64,000 nt of DNA from assembly GCA_019241305.1 (NCBI GenBank), contig JAFAXE010000075.1, positions 6,865 to 70,864 on the forward strand, read 5' to 3'. This DNA comes from Vulcanimicrobiota bacterium. GTDB lineage: Bacteria; Vulcanimicrobiota; Vulcanimicrobiia; Vulcanimicrobiales; Vulcanimicrobiaceae. The notes under the pieces are model-generated. The model was not told the origin of the DNA, did not search any database, and worked only from the letters and a program-made list of their open reading frames with translations. Shown here one piece after another: positions 38,160-47,800 of this stretch. Each line of letters begins with the position of its first letter. Within the stretch, counting starts at the first letter, position 1. The translations under genes were made by a program, and so were the position numbers.

Positions 38160-38465
38160 TCATGACGACACGTCGAAGGAAGCGAGTTGGCCCGTTAGCA
38201 GTTGGTAAACCATCACGAAGTCGCCACGAAACGAGTTGAGCGGCTGCTGAAACGTCTTGGGGTGGTTGCCTTCGAAAACCCAGTGTGAGACGAAGGCTGG
38301 CAGATAACCCAGCGCAAGGCCGGCGACGACATAACGCGGGTTGCGTTCGAGCAAGCCGAGAACGCCGACCGTCAAGCCGGAGAGTAAACCGGCTGCATGG
38401 ACCGCACGCGTCCGCGGATCGGAATGCGCGGCCAGATATTCCGGATAGAACTCTTGAAAGCTCAT
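38160..38465 (-). CDS. DUF962 (Mpo1-like) membrane protein
   Basis: 101 aa with FQEFYPEYLAAHSDPRTRAVHAAG.., two TM helices and HWVFEGNHPKTFQQPLNSFRGDF. Confidence 0.7.
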   Translation of the reverse strand: MSFQEFYPEYLAAHSDPRTRAVHAAGLLSGLTVGVLGLLERNPRYVVAGLALGYLPAFVSHWVFEGNHPKTFQQPLNSFRGDFVMVYQLLTGQLASFDVSS

Positions 38466-39982
38466 GCGGCTTTATGGTCCTGGGGGAACAGCGGTTCCCA
38501 CGGTCTCGACTTGCGGAAGCCGTAGCAGAAATAGATCACGAGCCCCACGACGAGGCACCCCAAAAACCACACGAGGGTTCGCGTCGACAGACCGAAGACC
38601 ACGAGAACGAGGGACAGCAGAATCCCGAGCGAGGGAAATACCGGAACGAACGGTGAGCGAAACGGTCGCGGAATGTCCGGTCGCTTGTAGCGCAGGTAGA
38701 TGACGCCCGCGCAGACCACGATGAACGCTGAAAGCGTCCCGATGTTGACGAGGTTGAGCAGGTCGTTGAGCGGGACGATCAGCGTGAGCATCGCGACCCC
38801 GACGCCGGTGATCATCGTCATGAGCGCCGGCGTTTTGAAGCGCGGATTGACGCGCGCGACGAAAGGCGGCAGCATCCGGTCGCGCGCCATGACGAAGAAG
38901 ATGCGCGTCTGCCCCAAGAGCGATGCCAGTGCGACGCTCGTGGTGCCGGCGATGACGCCGACCGTGATGGCGCCACTGGCAAACCAGTTGTGCAAAGGGG
39001 CGATCGCGCTCGCGAGCGCTGCACTCTGGTCGACTTTTTGCCACGGGACGATCCCGACCAGCACGACCGCAGTGATGCAATAGATGACCGTGCCGATGAG
39101 CAGCGCGCCGATCACACCGACGGGGACGTCGCGCTGCGGCCGCCGGCATTCCTCCGCGGTCGTCGTTGCCGTGTCGAAGCCGATGTAACTAAAGAACACC
39201 AGAGCCGCGGCCGGAATGATTCCGGCGCCCCCGCCGCCGCTGAACGGCTGCAGCGAGCCCCACCCAAGAGGAGCAAACGGCGTGAGATTCTGCGCATGGA
39301 AGAGGGTGATCCCGAAAGCGACGAAGACGACCAGCGCGGAAATCTTCAGGACCACGAAGATGTTATTCGTCGTCGCGGTCTCTCGAATGCCGATGCACAG
39401 CAAAACGGAAAGAAGGATGACAAACAGCGCGCCCACGACGTCGTACTGCGAGTGCGCGAAATCCCAACGGGAAACGTCGTACCACGCGCCGTGAAAAACG
39501 AAGTTTGATGTCTGCGCCCACGCCGGGAGATGGATCCCGACCGTTCGCAGCACGCTCTGAAACGCCGAAGAGAACTGCTGCGCGACGGGAGCGGCGCTGA
39601 TACCGTATTCGAAAAGCAGCGCGAAACCGATGATCCAGGCGATGAGCTGGCCGAGGGTCGCGTAGGCGTAGGTATATGCGCTGCCCGCGATCGGCACCAT
39701 TGCACCGAGTTCCGCATACGACAGCGCTGCGAAAAGCGAGGCGAGTCCGGCGACGACGAAGGCCACGATAATTGCGGGCCCCGCCAGCTTTACGCCCGGA
39801 CCGATCGTGGTGAAGATTCCACCGCCGATCATGGTCCCGAGCCCAACGGCGATCAGGTCGCGCGCCCGCAGCGCTCGGCGCAACACCGCTGGGGCTTCGT
39901 CGCGCATCTTGTCGACCGACGTCGTGACGAACAGCCGGCGGTGGAACGGCGGCGCTGGATGACGCGGTGCGGGTTCGACCAT
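38462..39982 (-). CDS. APC-family amino acid permease
   Basis: 506 aa with ~12 TM helices. N-terminal LRRALRARDLIAVGLGTMIGGGIF is typical of amino acid/polyamine permeases. ATGA overlap with the DUF962 gene. Confidence 0.9.
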   Translation of the reverse strand: MVEPAPRHPAPPFHRRLFVTTSVDKMRDEAPAVLRRALRARDLIAVGLGTMIGGGIFTTIGPGVKLAGPAIIVAFVVAGLASLFAALSYAELGAMVPIAGSAYTYAYATLGQLIAWIIGFALLFEYGISAAPVAQQFSSAFQSVLRTVGIHLPAWAQTSNFVFHGAWYDVSRWDFAHSQYDVVGALFVILLSVLLCIGIRETATTNNIFVVLKISALVVFVAFGITLFHAQNLTPFAPLGWGSLQPFSGGGGAGIIPAAALVFFSYIGFDTATTTAEECRRPQRDVPVGVIGALLIGTVIYCITAVVLVGIVPWQKVDQSAALASAIAPLHNWFASGAITVGVIAGTTSVALASLLGQTRIFFVMARDRMLPPFVARVNPRFKTPALMTMITGVGVAMLTLIVPLNDLLNLVNIGTLSAFIVVCAGVIYLRYKRPDIPRPFRSPFVPVFPSLGILLSLVLVVFGLSTRTLVWFLGCLVVGLVIYFCYGFRKSRPWEPLFPQDHKAA

Positions 39983-40049
39983 TCCGCCGTCCGTTGGCTT
40001 CAGCGGACTCGCTGCCCTACTCGTCGTCGCGTTCCGAAACGTTCAATCT

Positions 40050-40661
40050 TCACGGCGGCGCTTGCGATTGCTGGTTCCAGGGATGCTCTGCGCGATTGTA
40101 GGCATGGTTGATCCAACGCGCCCACACGAACAGCGCATCGGAGAGCCGGTTCATGTAGCGCAAAATCTCCGGATCGACCGGATCGTTTTCTGCAAGCGCG
40201 ACGATCGCGCGCTCTGCGCGGCGCGCGACGGTCCGCGCAACGTGAAGAGACGCGCCCGGCACGCCGCCGCCCGGATGGATGAACTGGTTGAGCGGCGGCA
40301 GCTCGACCTGCACTGCGTCGATGGCGCGTTCGAGCGCCGCGGTGTCGGTCGAGTGAACCGATGGAACCGAGCGCGTCTCGGCCGGCGAAGGCGATGCCAG
40401 TTCGCCACCGACGTTGAACAGCACGTCCTGCGTCCACGCAAGCCAGGCGTCGAGACGCGCAGCGACGTCGTGCGAATGTTCCGTGCCACCCGAAGACGAC
40501 TCGGTGAGCGCATTCCGTGCGACGCCGATGGCACTCGAGAGCTCGTCGACGTTTCCATAAGCCTCGATGCGTGCAGCGCTTTTTCGCACGCGAGCGCCCC
40601 CGATCAGCCCCGTCGTGCCGCCGTCCCCACCGCGGGTATAAATACGGGCTGCCTTGCTCAT
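40050..40661 (-). CDS. PduO-type ATP:cob(I)alamin adenosyltransferase
   Basis: ATG 40661 gives MSKAARIYTRGGDGGTTGL.. and IEAYGNVDELSSAIG. 203 aa. Confidence 0.88.
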   Translation of the reverse strand: MSKAARIYTRGGDGGTTGLIGGARVRKSAARIEAYGNVDELSSAIGVARNALTESSSGGTEHSHDVAARLDAWLAWTQDVLFNVGGELASPSPAETRSVPSVHSTDTAALERAIDAVQVELPPLNQFIHPGGGVPGASLHVARTVARRAERAIVALAENDPVDPEILRYMNRLSDALFVWARWINHAYNRAEHPWNQQSQAPP

Positions 40662-40716
40662 GCGTGTCACTTGTCGGGCGAGGACTGCGAACCATGCGCC
40701 CGAACAGCCGACGGTC

Positions 40717-42198
40717 ATGCGCCGACGCCGCGACGACGAGGAACCGGAAAAAACTCCGCTCGTCAAAGAGATTCCGCCGAAGGCACGCGACCTTTCCGAA
40801 TGGTACCAGGCCGTCTGCTACAAGGCGCAGCTCGTCTCATTAGCGCCAGTCCGCGGCTGCGTGGTGCTCCGCCCGTACGGTTTTGCGCTCTGGGAACGGC
40901 TGCAAGCTACGCTCGACGGCCGCTTCAAGGCGACCGGCCACGAGAACGCCTATTTCCCGTTGCTGATTCCGGAGCGATTGCTCAGCCGCGAAGCCGAACA
41001 CGTCGAAGGATTTGCGCCCGAGGTCGCATGGGTGACGCAGGGCGGCGGCGAGACGCTGACCGAGCGGCTCGCAATCCGCCCCACCTCGGAAGTCGTAATC
41101 GGCACGATGTACGCCGAGTGGCTGCAGTCGTACCGCGATCTCCCGATCCTGATCAACCAGTGGGCCAACGTGGTGCGCTGGGAAAAACGCACGCGACCGT
41201 TTTTGCGCACGCTCGAGTTCCTGTGGCAGGAAGGACATACCGCGCACGCGACCGAGCGGGAAGCGGCCGACGAAGTCCAGCAGATGCTTGGCATCTACGC
41301 GGACGTGGCCGAGGACGTCGTGGCGGTTCCCGTGTACGCCGGCGAAAAGAGTCAAAGCGAGCGATTTGCCGGCGCGACCCATACGTTCTCGATCGAGGCG
41401 CTCATGCCGGACGGTCGCGCCCTCCAAGCAGCGACGTCGCATGAACTAGGCCAAAACTTTGCGCGCGCGTACAACATCACGTTCAGCGCCGAAGATCAAA
41501 CGCTACAACACGCGTGGACGACGTCGTGGGGGATGTCGTGGCGCATGATCGGCGCGATGATCATGGTGCACGGCGACGATCGCGGGCTGCGTATCCCTCC
41601 CCGCATGGCACCATACGAGGCCGTGATCGTACCCATTTCCGGCACCGACGGCGCCGACGTTGCAAATGCCGCTCGCACATTGCTTGCGACGCTGCGCGAC
41701 GCCGGCATCCGAGCGAAGCTCGACGATCGCATGGCGCTGCGCCCAGGCGCGAAGTTTGCCGACTGGGACATTCGTGGTGTCCCGCTGCGCATCGAGATCG
41801 GCGCGAAGGATCTGCGCGACGGCGTGGTGACGTTCGTGCGGCGCGATCGCGAAAAGGGTGAGGAGGGCGCGAAGACGGTGTGCCCTAGCGACGACGTCCC
41901 GGCTCGCATCCCAGAATTGATGGACGATATTCAGCGCTCCCTGTACAAACAGGCTCGCACGTTTTTGATCGAACACACGATCGCAACGCAAGACCGCGCG
42001 GAGTTTTATCGGCTTTGCCGCGAGCGCGCCGGAATGATCGAAATCGCGTGGTGCGAACGCCCGGAATGCGAAGCGCACGTCAAGGTGGAGACCAGCGCCA
42101 CGACCCGCGTCCTGCGCGTGCGTCACGGTGGCGACACCGTCTGCACCGCATGCGGCGAACCGGCTGTTGGGCGTGCGTACTTCGCCCAGTCCTACTGA
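40717..42198 (+). CDS. proS: Proline--tRNA ligase (archaeal/eukaryote-like type)
   Basis: ARDLSEWYQAVCYKAQL, RPTSE, FLRTLEFLWQEGHTAH, a C-terminal Cys cluster and a terminal ..YFAQSY ending in Tyr. Confidence 0.93.
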   Translation: MRRRRDDEEPEKTPLVKEIPPKARDLSEWYQAVCYKAQLVSLAPVRGCVVLRPYGFALWERLQATLDGRFKATGHENAYFPLLIPERLLSREAEHVEGFAPEVAWVTQGGGETLTERLAIRPTSEVVIGTMYAEWLQSYRDLPILINQWANVVRWEKRTRPFLRTLEFLWQEGHTAHATEREAADEVQQMLGIYADVAEDVVAVPVYAGEKSQSERFAGATHTFSIEALMPDGRALQAATSHELGQNFARAYNITFSAEDQTLQHAWTTSWGMSWRMIGAMIMVHGDDRGLRIPPRMAPYEAVIVPISGTDGADVANAARTLLATLRDAGIRAKLDDRMALRPGAKFADWDIRGVPLRIEIGAKDLRDGVVTFVRRDREKGEEGAKTVCPSDDVPARIPELMDDIQRSLYKQARTFLIEHTIATQDRAEFYRLCRERAGMIEIAWCERPECEAHVKVETSATTRVLRVRHGGDTVCTACGEPAVGRAYFAQSY

Positions 42199-42254
42199 CG
42201 CTGAACACCCTGTTTCTTAGCCTGATCATCGGCGCACTCGGCAACGCGACGCCG

Positions 42255-42785
42255 ATGCCGCGGCCCGCGGCTTCCATTCCTCATGCTACGCGATCCGCGC
42301 ATCGAGCGTATTCCTCGCTGGCGCAGATCAACGCCGAAGCGCGTGCTGAGGGCAACCGGCACAAGGAAGCCGTTCAACTCGGCCGCGCATTGCTGGTCCA
42401 TCCATGGCCGGCACAAGTGTTGAAGGTTCGCGTCGATGGCGTGGACTCGCATGCCGTCGCCGGTCTCGTGCTATCCGGCGTGAAGTTTCACGGTGCGCTC
42501 GATGAGAACCGCTTTCTCGCCGAAGTCGCCGCGCTCGCGCAACGCACCTTCGCCGCCTCGCCCGTCGAGGAGGTCGACATCTGGACGACCGTCCCAATCT
42601 CCGTTGGCAAAGGCGCCATCGTCGCAGGCGATTTCGCGCAGCCGACGACACGCATCGTCTTTTCTGTGACGCTGCGCCGCGCCGAGGCAACGAAGGGCCT
42701 CTCGGCAAAGCTGCGCGATAACCAGCGCATTTTCTGGGATCCCCCGTGGCGCGCCACCCTCCACCACCACAAAAGTCCCAGGTGA
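42255..42785 (+). CDS. Hypothetical protein
   Basis: Protein-like ORF downstream of proS. The first canonical start is ATG 42255. An in-frame hydrophobic segment upstream (from CTG 42195) would provide a signal-like N-terminus. Confidence 0.5.
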   Translation: MPRPAASIPHATRSAHRAYSSLAQINAEARAEGNRHKEAVQLGRALLVHPWPAQVLKVRVDGVDSHAVAGLVLSGVKFHGALDENRFLAEVAALAQRTFAASPVEEVDIWTTVPISVGKGAIVAGDFAQPTTRIVFSVTLRRAEATKGLSAKLRDNQRIFWDPPWRATLHHHKSPR

Positions 42786-42883
42786 GTATCGTAAGGCGAT
42801 TTCAGCAAACGCCGGACAGCGAACAAAAAGGGCGTGTGGCGCTCAACGCCAATATTCGGCGATTACGAGGCGCGGAGAAGCCA

Positions 42884-44146
42884 TTGTATCGGAAATCGAC
42901 CCTCCCGAACGGCGTTCGGGTCATCACGGAAACGATGCCGGCGGTTCGTTCGGCGACGTTAGGCATTTGGGCCGACGTGGGTTCGGCTTCCGAGCGCAGC
43001 GAGCAACGCGGCATCTCGCACCTCATCGAACACATGCTGTTCAAGGGCACGAAGCGGCGGAGTGCCCAAGCGATCGCGGAAACGATGGACGGCGTTGGCG
43101 CCAACCTGAACGCCTTCACCGATAAAGAGACGACCTGCTACTACGCCAAGGTCATGGATCATCACGTCCCGCTCGCGATCGACGTTCTCTCCGATATGTT
43201 TCTGAACTCCGTCTTTGACCCCAGGGAGATGGCCAAGGAGCAGAACGTCGTCCTCGAAGAGATCAAAATGTACGATGACTCGCCCGACGAGCAGATTCAC
43301 GATCTGTTCATACGAACGATGTGGAGTGGGTCGGATCTCGGCGAACCGACGATCGGCTACGCCGACACCGTCAGCGCACTGAAGCGCGAAGATTTACGAG
43401 CGCACATGCGCGGGCACTACGCCCCGAACGCCGTCGTGGTCGCCGCTGCGGGAAACCTCGTTCACGACCGCGTCGTCGAGCTCTTCGCCGACGCCTTCGC
43501 CTCGTACACCGGGTACTGCGAAGTGCCTGAGCCCGATCATCCGCACTTGACGGCCGCGACGAACTTCAAGCAGAAAGATACCGAACAAGCCTACGTCGTT
43601 TTGGGAACGCGTGGGCTCTCGCTACGGGATGAGCGACGCTACGCACTTTCCGTGCTCGATACGATCCTCGGCGGCGGGATGTCGAGCCGCCTCTTCCAAG
43701 AAGTGCGTGAGAAGCGCGGACTCGTGTATAGCGTGTACTCGTTCCAGCAAAGTTATCGTGAAGCCGGACTCTTTGCCGTTTCTGCGGGGACATCACCGGC
43801 GAACGTCCGCGAGTGCGTCGAGGTCATTACGCAGCAGCTCCAAAAGGCAGCGGAGCGGGGTGTCAGCGAGGCCGAACTCTCGCTTGCGAAAGAGCACATC
43901 AAGGGCAACTTGACGCTCTCGCTCGAGAGCACGTCGAGCCGGATGATTCGGCTCGGCCGGGGCGAGTTCACGCACGGATACTACTTATCGACCGAGGAGA
44001 TCGAAGGCAAAATCGACGCGGTCACATGCGAGCAAGTCCTTTCACTCGCGCACGAGCTGCTCGCTCCGGCGAATCTGGGACTCTGCGTTCTCGGTCCAGT
44101 GGACGAGGGCGCCATCGGCTGGCAGCGCGGCGAAGCGGTGGCTTGA
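42884..44146 (+). CDS. M16-family zinc peptidase (insulinase-like)
   Basis: HLIEHMLFKGT (HxxEH). TTG 42884 follows GGAGAAG and gives MYRKSTLPNGVRVITE, a typical M16 N-terminus. Longer alternatives are GTG 42836 and 42782. Confidence 0.88.
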   Translation: MYRKSTLPNGVRVITETMPAVRSATLGIWADVGSASERSEQRGISHLIEHMLFKGTKRRSAQAIAETMDGVGANLNAFTDKETTCYYAKVMDHHVPLAIDVLSDMFLNSVFDPREMAKEQNVVLEEIKMYDDSPDEQIHDLFIRTMWSGSDLGEPTIGYADTVSALKREDLRAHMRGHYAPNAVVVAAAGNLVHDRVVELFADAFASYTGYCEVPEPDHPHLTAATNFKQKDTEQAYVVLGTRGLSLRDERRYALSVLDTILGGGMSSRLFQEVREKRGLVYSVYSFQQSYREAGLFAVSAGTSPANVRECVEVITQQLQKAAERGVSEAELSLAKEHIKGNLTLSLESTSSRMIRLGRGEFTHGYYLSTEEIEGKIDAVTCEQVLSLAHELLAPANLGLCVLGPVDEGAIGWQRGEAVA

Positions 44147-44991
44147 CGGCATTCTGGTCGTCGCAGCTCGTTCTCGCGCTTGCGCTCAACCTCGTCGTCC
44201 AACTCATTCAAATCGGCGCGTATGCAGCTCGGCTCGCGGGAGTACTGAGTGGCCGCATCGCGACATCGATCTCACTGTTCAACCTTTTCGTTCTGGCAAG
44301 CCGGCTGGCGAATTTGGCGTACGCACCGATGCTCGGAACGATTTCGGACCGTGCCGCGCATGCCGCGCGCGACCCCGCGCTGGCCGGCGCAGCGGTGCAT
44401 CAGTTCGAGTGGCAAGTGCGACTGATCGTGTTCGCGGGAACGGTCGGCACCGCGCTCGGTGCGTTGCTACTGCCCACCTTTCTCATGCTGTTTTTGCGCG
44501 GGATTTCCGCGTTCGAACGCCTCGGCTCGGTGCCGCGTGCCATGCTACGACTGCTCGACCCGCGCGTCATTTTGGACGTGCTGCGCTCGCCGCGTTTGCC
44601 GCACCCCTCCACGCTTGCTCGCTTCTCGCCGCGTCACATTCCCGCAGAACTCCTCGTCGGAAACGTCATCGTTACAGGGATCTATGCCATCGGTGTCGTC
44701 GCATCGGTCTTTGCGAGCATCCTCAAGCCGGAAGTGGCGCGGACTGCCGTGTTGTTGTCCGGTGTCGTCAACGGCATCGCGACGATTTCGTTCTCGCTCG
44801 TGGTCGATCCGACATCGGCCTACATCACCGATCAGGCGGTGAAGGGAGAACGTCCGCTCATCGAGGTGAAGTCGATGGTGTTCTTCCTTGCACTCACCGC
44901 GATCGTCGGCACGCTCTTCTCCCAACTCATCCTCTACCCCGCCGCGCTCTTCATTGGCTGGGTCGCGCATGGGGTGAACCTGCTACACTGA
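44143..44991 (+). CDS. amj: Amj-family (DUF2837) alternate lipid II flippase
   Basis: TTGA overlap with the M16 stop. Polytopic membrane protein. IGAYAARLAGVLSGRIATSISLFNLFVLASRLANL resembles my recollection of the Amj N-terminal signature; not checked against a profile. Confidence 0.65.
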   Translation: MTAFWSSQLVLALALNLVVQLIQIGAYAARLAGVLSGRIATSISLFNLFVLASRLANLAYAPMLGTISDRAAHAARDPALAGAAVHQFEWQVRLIVFAGTVGTALGALLLPTFLMLFLRGISAFERLGSVPRAMLRLLDPRVILDVLRSPRLPHPSTLARFSPRHIPAELLVGNVIVTGIYAIGVVASVFASILKPEVARTAVLLSGVVNGIATISFSLVVDPTSAYITDQAVKGERPLIEVKSMVFFLALTAIVGTLFSQLILYPAALFIGWVAHGVNLLH

Positions 44992-45007
44992 CGGCGAAAG
45001 CGGCCTG

Positions 45008-45661
45008 ATGCGTTTTTGGGTGCTCATCACGCTGGGGCTCGTTTGCGCGTCGTCGTGGGGCTGCAGCGGCGGCGTCAAACACTACATCGTCTCCATGCGA
45101 AGCCATCAAGGCGACCTTGCGCTTGCGACGGGCAATCTGCAGGACGCGCAGCTCGCCTATCGCCTGGCCTTGCAGCTCGCTCCCAACGATGCACACGCGC
45201 GGGACGGCTTAGCGCAAGTCCAGATCCGTATCGCCGCCAAGGATTATCAGGCATCGAAATTCGAGGACGCTTTAGCGGCGCTGGCTGTTGCCTCGAAGTA
45301 CGATCCGCAGAGCGTGCGCGTCGCGGCGCTACGGTCTGAGATCGAACAGGCCCGCGTCAATCGCCAGATCGTCCTCTCGAACTACCCGACGTACTCTGAA
45401 ACGGGCCGTGCGTTGCGACGGTCCTACATTGCGCTGAAGACGCTGAACACAAAAATCATCTCATCGCTCCTGCGTTTCGACTATACCTACGACGCGGCGC
45501 AGCTCACGCAAGCGATTCGCACCTCGTTGTCGCTTCAACAAGAAGTGGCGCGCAACACGAGCAGGCTGATCTCGTATCGGCAGCTCGTTCAGGCAGGGGC
45601 GCCCACCGCGGCCGGCAACGAACCGCTCTCACCCGGAGCTTCGCTTTTGCCACTTCCGTAA
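45008..45661 (+). CDS. Secreted or lipoprotein with TPR-like helical repeats
   Basis: Signal peptide MRFWVLITLGLVCASSWGCSG. Helical Ala/Leu/Gln-rich body. Confidence 0.6.
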   Translation: MRFWVLITLGLVCASSWGCSGGVKHYIVSMRSHQGDLALATGNLQDAQLAYRLALQLAPNDAHARDGLAQVQIRIAAKDYQASKFEDALAALAVASKYDPQSVRVAALRSEIEQARVNRQIVLSNYPTYSETGRALRRSYIALKTLNTKIISSLLRFDYTYDAAQLTQAIRTSLSLQQEVARNTSRLISYRQLVQAGAPTAAGNEPLSPGASLLPLP

Positions 45662-45711
45662 TGCGACGGCCGCATCGCGACGACTACCGCGGCAAAGCGC
45701 GCTCTCCGTCC

Positions 45712-47268
45712 CTATGAGGTCGAGGGCAGCGTACCGGCTTTCTCACGGCGACGGAATTCGCGCCAGCGCGCCTCTGCGCCGGGCAGCACCTTGGCGTAGT
45801 CGGTCTGGTAGACGGGCCAGGTCGCGTTCGCGTAGGTTTTCGGAAACCGCTGCATCCACGCGTACAATTCGACGTTGCGCTTGAAGCGGTTGTTCTCGAT
45901 CGCGATAAAGTAGCGTGCACCCTTACGGATGGCGCTTTGCTCGTCGAACGCGGTCCACAGGTATGGGTCCTCTTCCCAGCCCTTGCGGTTGATGTAGTAC
46001 AGGACCGACGGATCGTAGTGCGCCATGACGACGAGCGTATCGCGAGGGAGCGTCGCGTCGAGGGCTTTGGCGGTCCGATACACCGTCTTGCTGTACGCAT
46101 AGTACGGACGGACGCGCGCTCTGCCATCGAGCGCCACGAGCACAAAGAGAACCAAAGTTGCAACGGCCAGTCCGATTCGTGGAATGCGGAGCGCGATGCA
46201 CAATTCGACCGCTCGCGCCAATGCCGCTCCCGACCACAGGGCGGCGAGCGGCAGCCCGGGATACAAGTAGTAATCCACGTGCTGCACCGTCACCACGACG
46301 AACGTGTAGAGAACGAGGGCCGCGAGCCAGCCCCACAACAGGGGGCGTGCCGTGCGAACGACCGGCACGAACCACGCCAGCACGAAGAGTCCAAAGCCGT
46401 ACGGACCAGCCATCGTCGTCGCGAACATGCCGGTCGCCAAACGAAAGTACCGTAGCTTATCGCTGAAGCCGGACCACGACGAAAACGACGCAGCAAGCGA
46501 TGGAAGCACGTGCAGCCGCGTGATTCCGCGCGTCCAGTGCCATTCGGCAATCGAAGACAGATACGCATCGTAGGCGATGAACGGTAGCACCATGGCGGCC
46601 AACAGAAGCCACGTCTGCGGCCGGCGCAACGTCCCAGTCATTCCAAACCGTGCGATGCTCAACGCGGCCAGCGGGACAATCAGAATCGCGGCGACCGGTT
46701 TCGCTAGGATCGCCGCTGCCGCGAGTGCCGCCGCCGGCCAGAAGCGGCGCCACGAGCCGGTATCCTGTTCCACCAGAAAACGTGCGCCCGCGAACAGCGC
46801 CGCGGTGAGAAAAAACACCATTGCCGTGTCCGGCATGAACGTGCGGCCGTAATAGACGCTGCCCGGATAGACGGCGAAAAGCCCCGCTGCGCACAGCCCC
46901 GCAACCCATGAACCGAACAGCCAGCGCCCGAACATCGCGAGCATCCCGATCGTTCCCAGACTGAACGCGACACTGATGAGACGACCGAAAATCTCGTGAA
47001 TCCCGAAAAGTTTGTACAACGTCGCTGCCAAGAACGGGACGATCTGTAGCTCGAGCTCGACGTAGTTCGGTGGCGGTCCGTCGTAATCGGTTTGCGGATG
47101 CAGCGGATTGAAATCGAGCGTCGCGAAGTTGCGCGCGATCGCCGCGGTGTCGCCTTGCCGCCAGCCGGGATGATCTAAGAGGGGATTATGAATCCCTTTC
47201 AAGCGCAGCACGACACCGGCGAGCAACACGAGCCCGAGCCCAATGGCCCAGCCCCGTTCGGGAGTCAC
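45712..47268 (-). CDS. Family-39 (ArnT/PMT-like) membrane glycosyltransferase
   Basis: 518 aa, polytopic. N-terminal ..GWRQGDTAAIARNF.. loop and a C-terminal soluble domain, typical of the ArnT/PMT_2 family. Confidence 0.85.
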   Translation of the reverse strand: MTPERGWAIGLGLVLLAGVVLRLKGIHNPLLDHPGWRQGDTAAIARNFATLDFNPLHPQTDYDGPPPNYVELELQIVPFLAATLYKLFGIHEIFGRLISVAFSLGTIGMLAMFGRWLFGSWVAGLCAAGLFAVYPGSVYYGRTFMPDTAMVFFLTAALFAGARFLVEQDTGSWRRFWPAAALAAAAILAKPVAAILIVPLAALSIARFGMTGTLRRPQTWLLLAAMVLPFIAYDAYLSSIAEWHWTRGITRLHVLPSLAASFSSWSGFSDKLRYFRLATGMFATTMAGPYGFGLFVLAWFVPVVRTARPLLWGWLAALVLYTFVVVTVQHVDYYLYPGLPLAALWSGAALARAVELCIALRIPRIGLAVATLVLFVLVALDGRARVRPYYAYSKTVYRTAKALDATLPRDTLVVMAHYDPSVLYYINRKGWEEDPYLWTAFDEQSAIRKGARYFIAIENNRFKRNVELYAWMQRFPKTYANATWPVYQTDYAKVLPGAEARWREFRRREKAGTLPSTS

Positions 47269-47705
47269 AGAACGGATCGGAACGTCCAGTACTTATTGAC
47301 GAAGAAATTCAAGAGCATGCCGCTGAGGGTCGAAAGGAACCACACGGTGTGATCGTGATGCACACCGAGCACACTCTTCAAAAACCACCCGGTCAAATTG
47401 CCGACGAGCAGGGCGGCAAACGAGACGAGGAGGAACTGTGCGCCTTCCTTCGCGGCGTGGCCCTCAGAACGAAACGTCCATACGCGGTTGAGGAAATAGT
47501 TGGAAACGCCGCCGACCATGAAACCGATCGAAAACAACAGCCAAAAGGGCAGCGTCGTCGTTTTCTGCAGCACCGTGAAGACGATGAGGTTCACGATGAG
47601 GCCCGAGGCGCCCACGATTCCGAACTTCACGAACTGACGGACGCCCCGGCGCTGGGCGAGGCGCGTCACGATCCCGGGCTGCCCGGCGACGCTGCCCTGC
47701 TTCAT
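47265..47705 (-). CDS. GtrA-family membrane protein
   Basis: ATG 47705 gives ..RQFVKFGIVGASGLIVNLIVF.. with four TM helices and ends ..NKYWTFRS. ATGA overlap with the GT39 gene. Confidence 0.85.
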   Translation of the reverse strand: MKQGSVAGQPGIVTRLAQRRGVRQFVKFGIVGASGLIVNLIVFTVLQKTTTLPFWLLFSIGFMVGGVSNYFLNRVWTFRSEGHAAKEGAQFLLVSFAALLVGNLTGWFLKSVLGVHHDHTVWFLSTLSGMLLNFFVNKYWTFRSVL

Positions 47706-47715
47706 GGCGTGATCA

Positions 47716-47800
47716 GCTCCGCGGCATCCATTCTTCCGTGGATCATGGCCGCTCCCGCCCATCCATGGGCTCCGCGGCACCGATCCCTCCGTGGATCATG
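47716..47800. repeat. Two direct copies of a ~32-nt motif (47716-47747 and 47769-47800) spanning the gene junction
   Basis: GCTCCGCGGCATCCATTCTTCCGTGGATCATG versus GCTCCGCGGCACCGATCCCTCCGTGGATCATG, 53 nt apart. On the minus strand each copy starts an ATGA-coupled mini-ORF. Confidence 0.85.

Noticed and set aside
47716-47800. Direct repeats considered as a CRISPR array
   Set aside because: There are only two copies, separated by a 21-nt gap (53 nt start to start), lying inside an operon junction with no cas genes. They are better explained as a duplicated translational-coupling junction.
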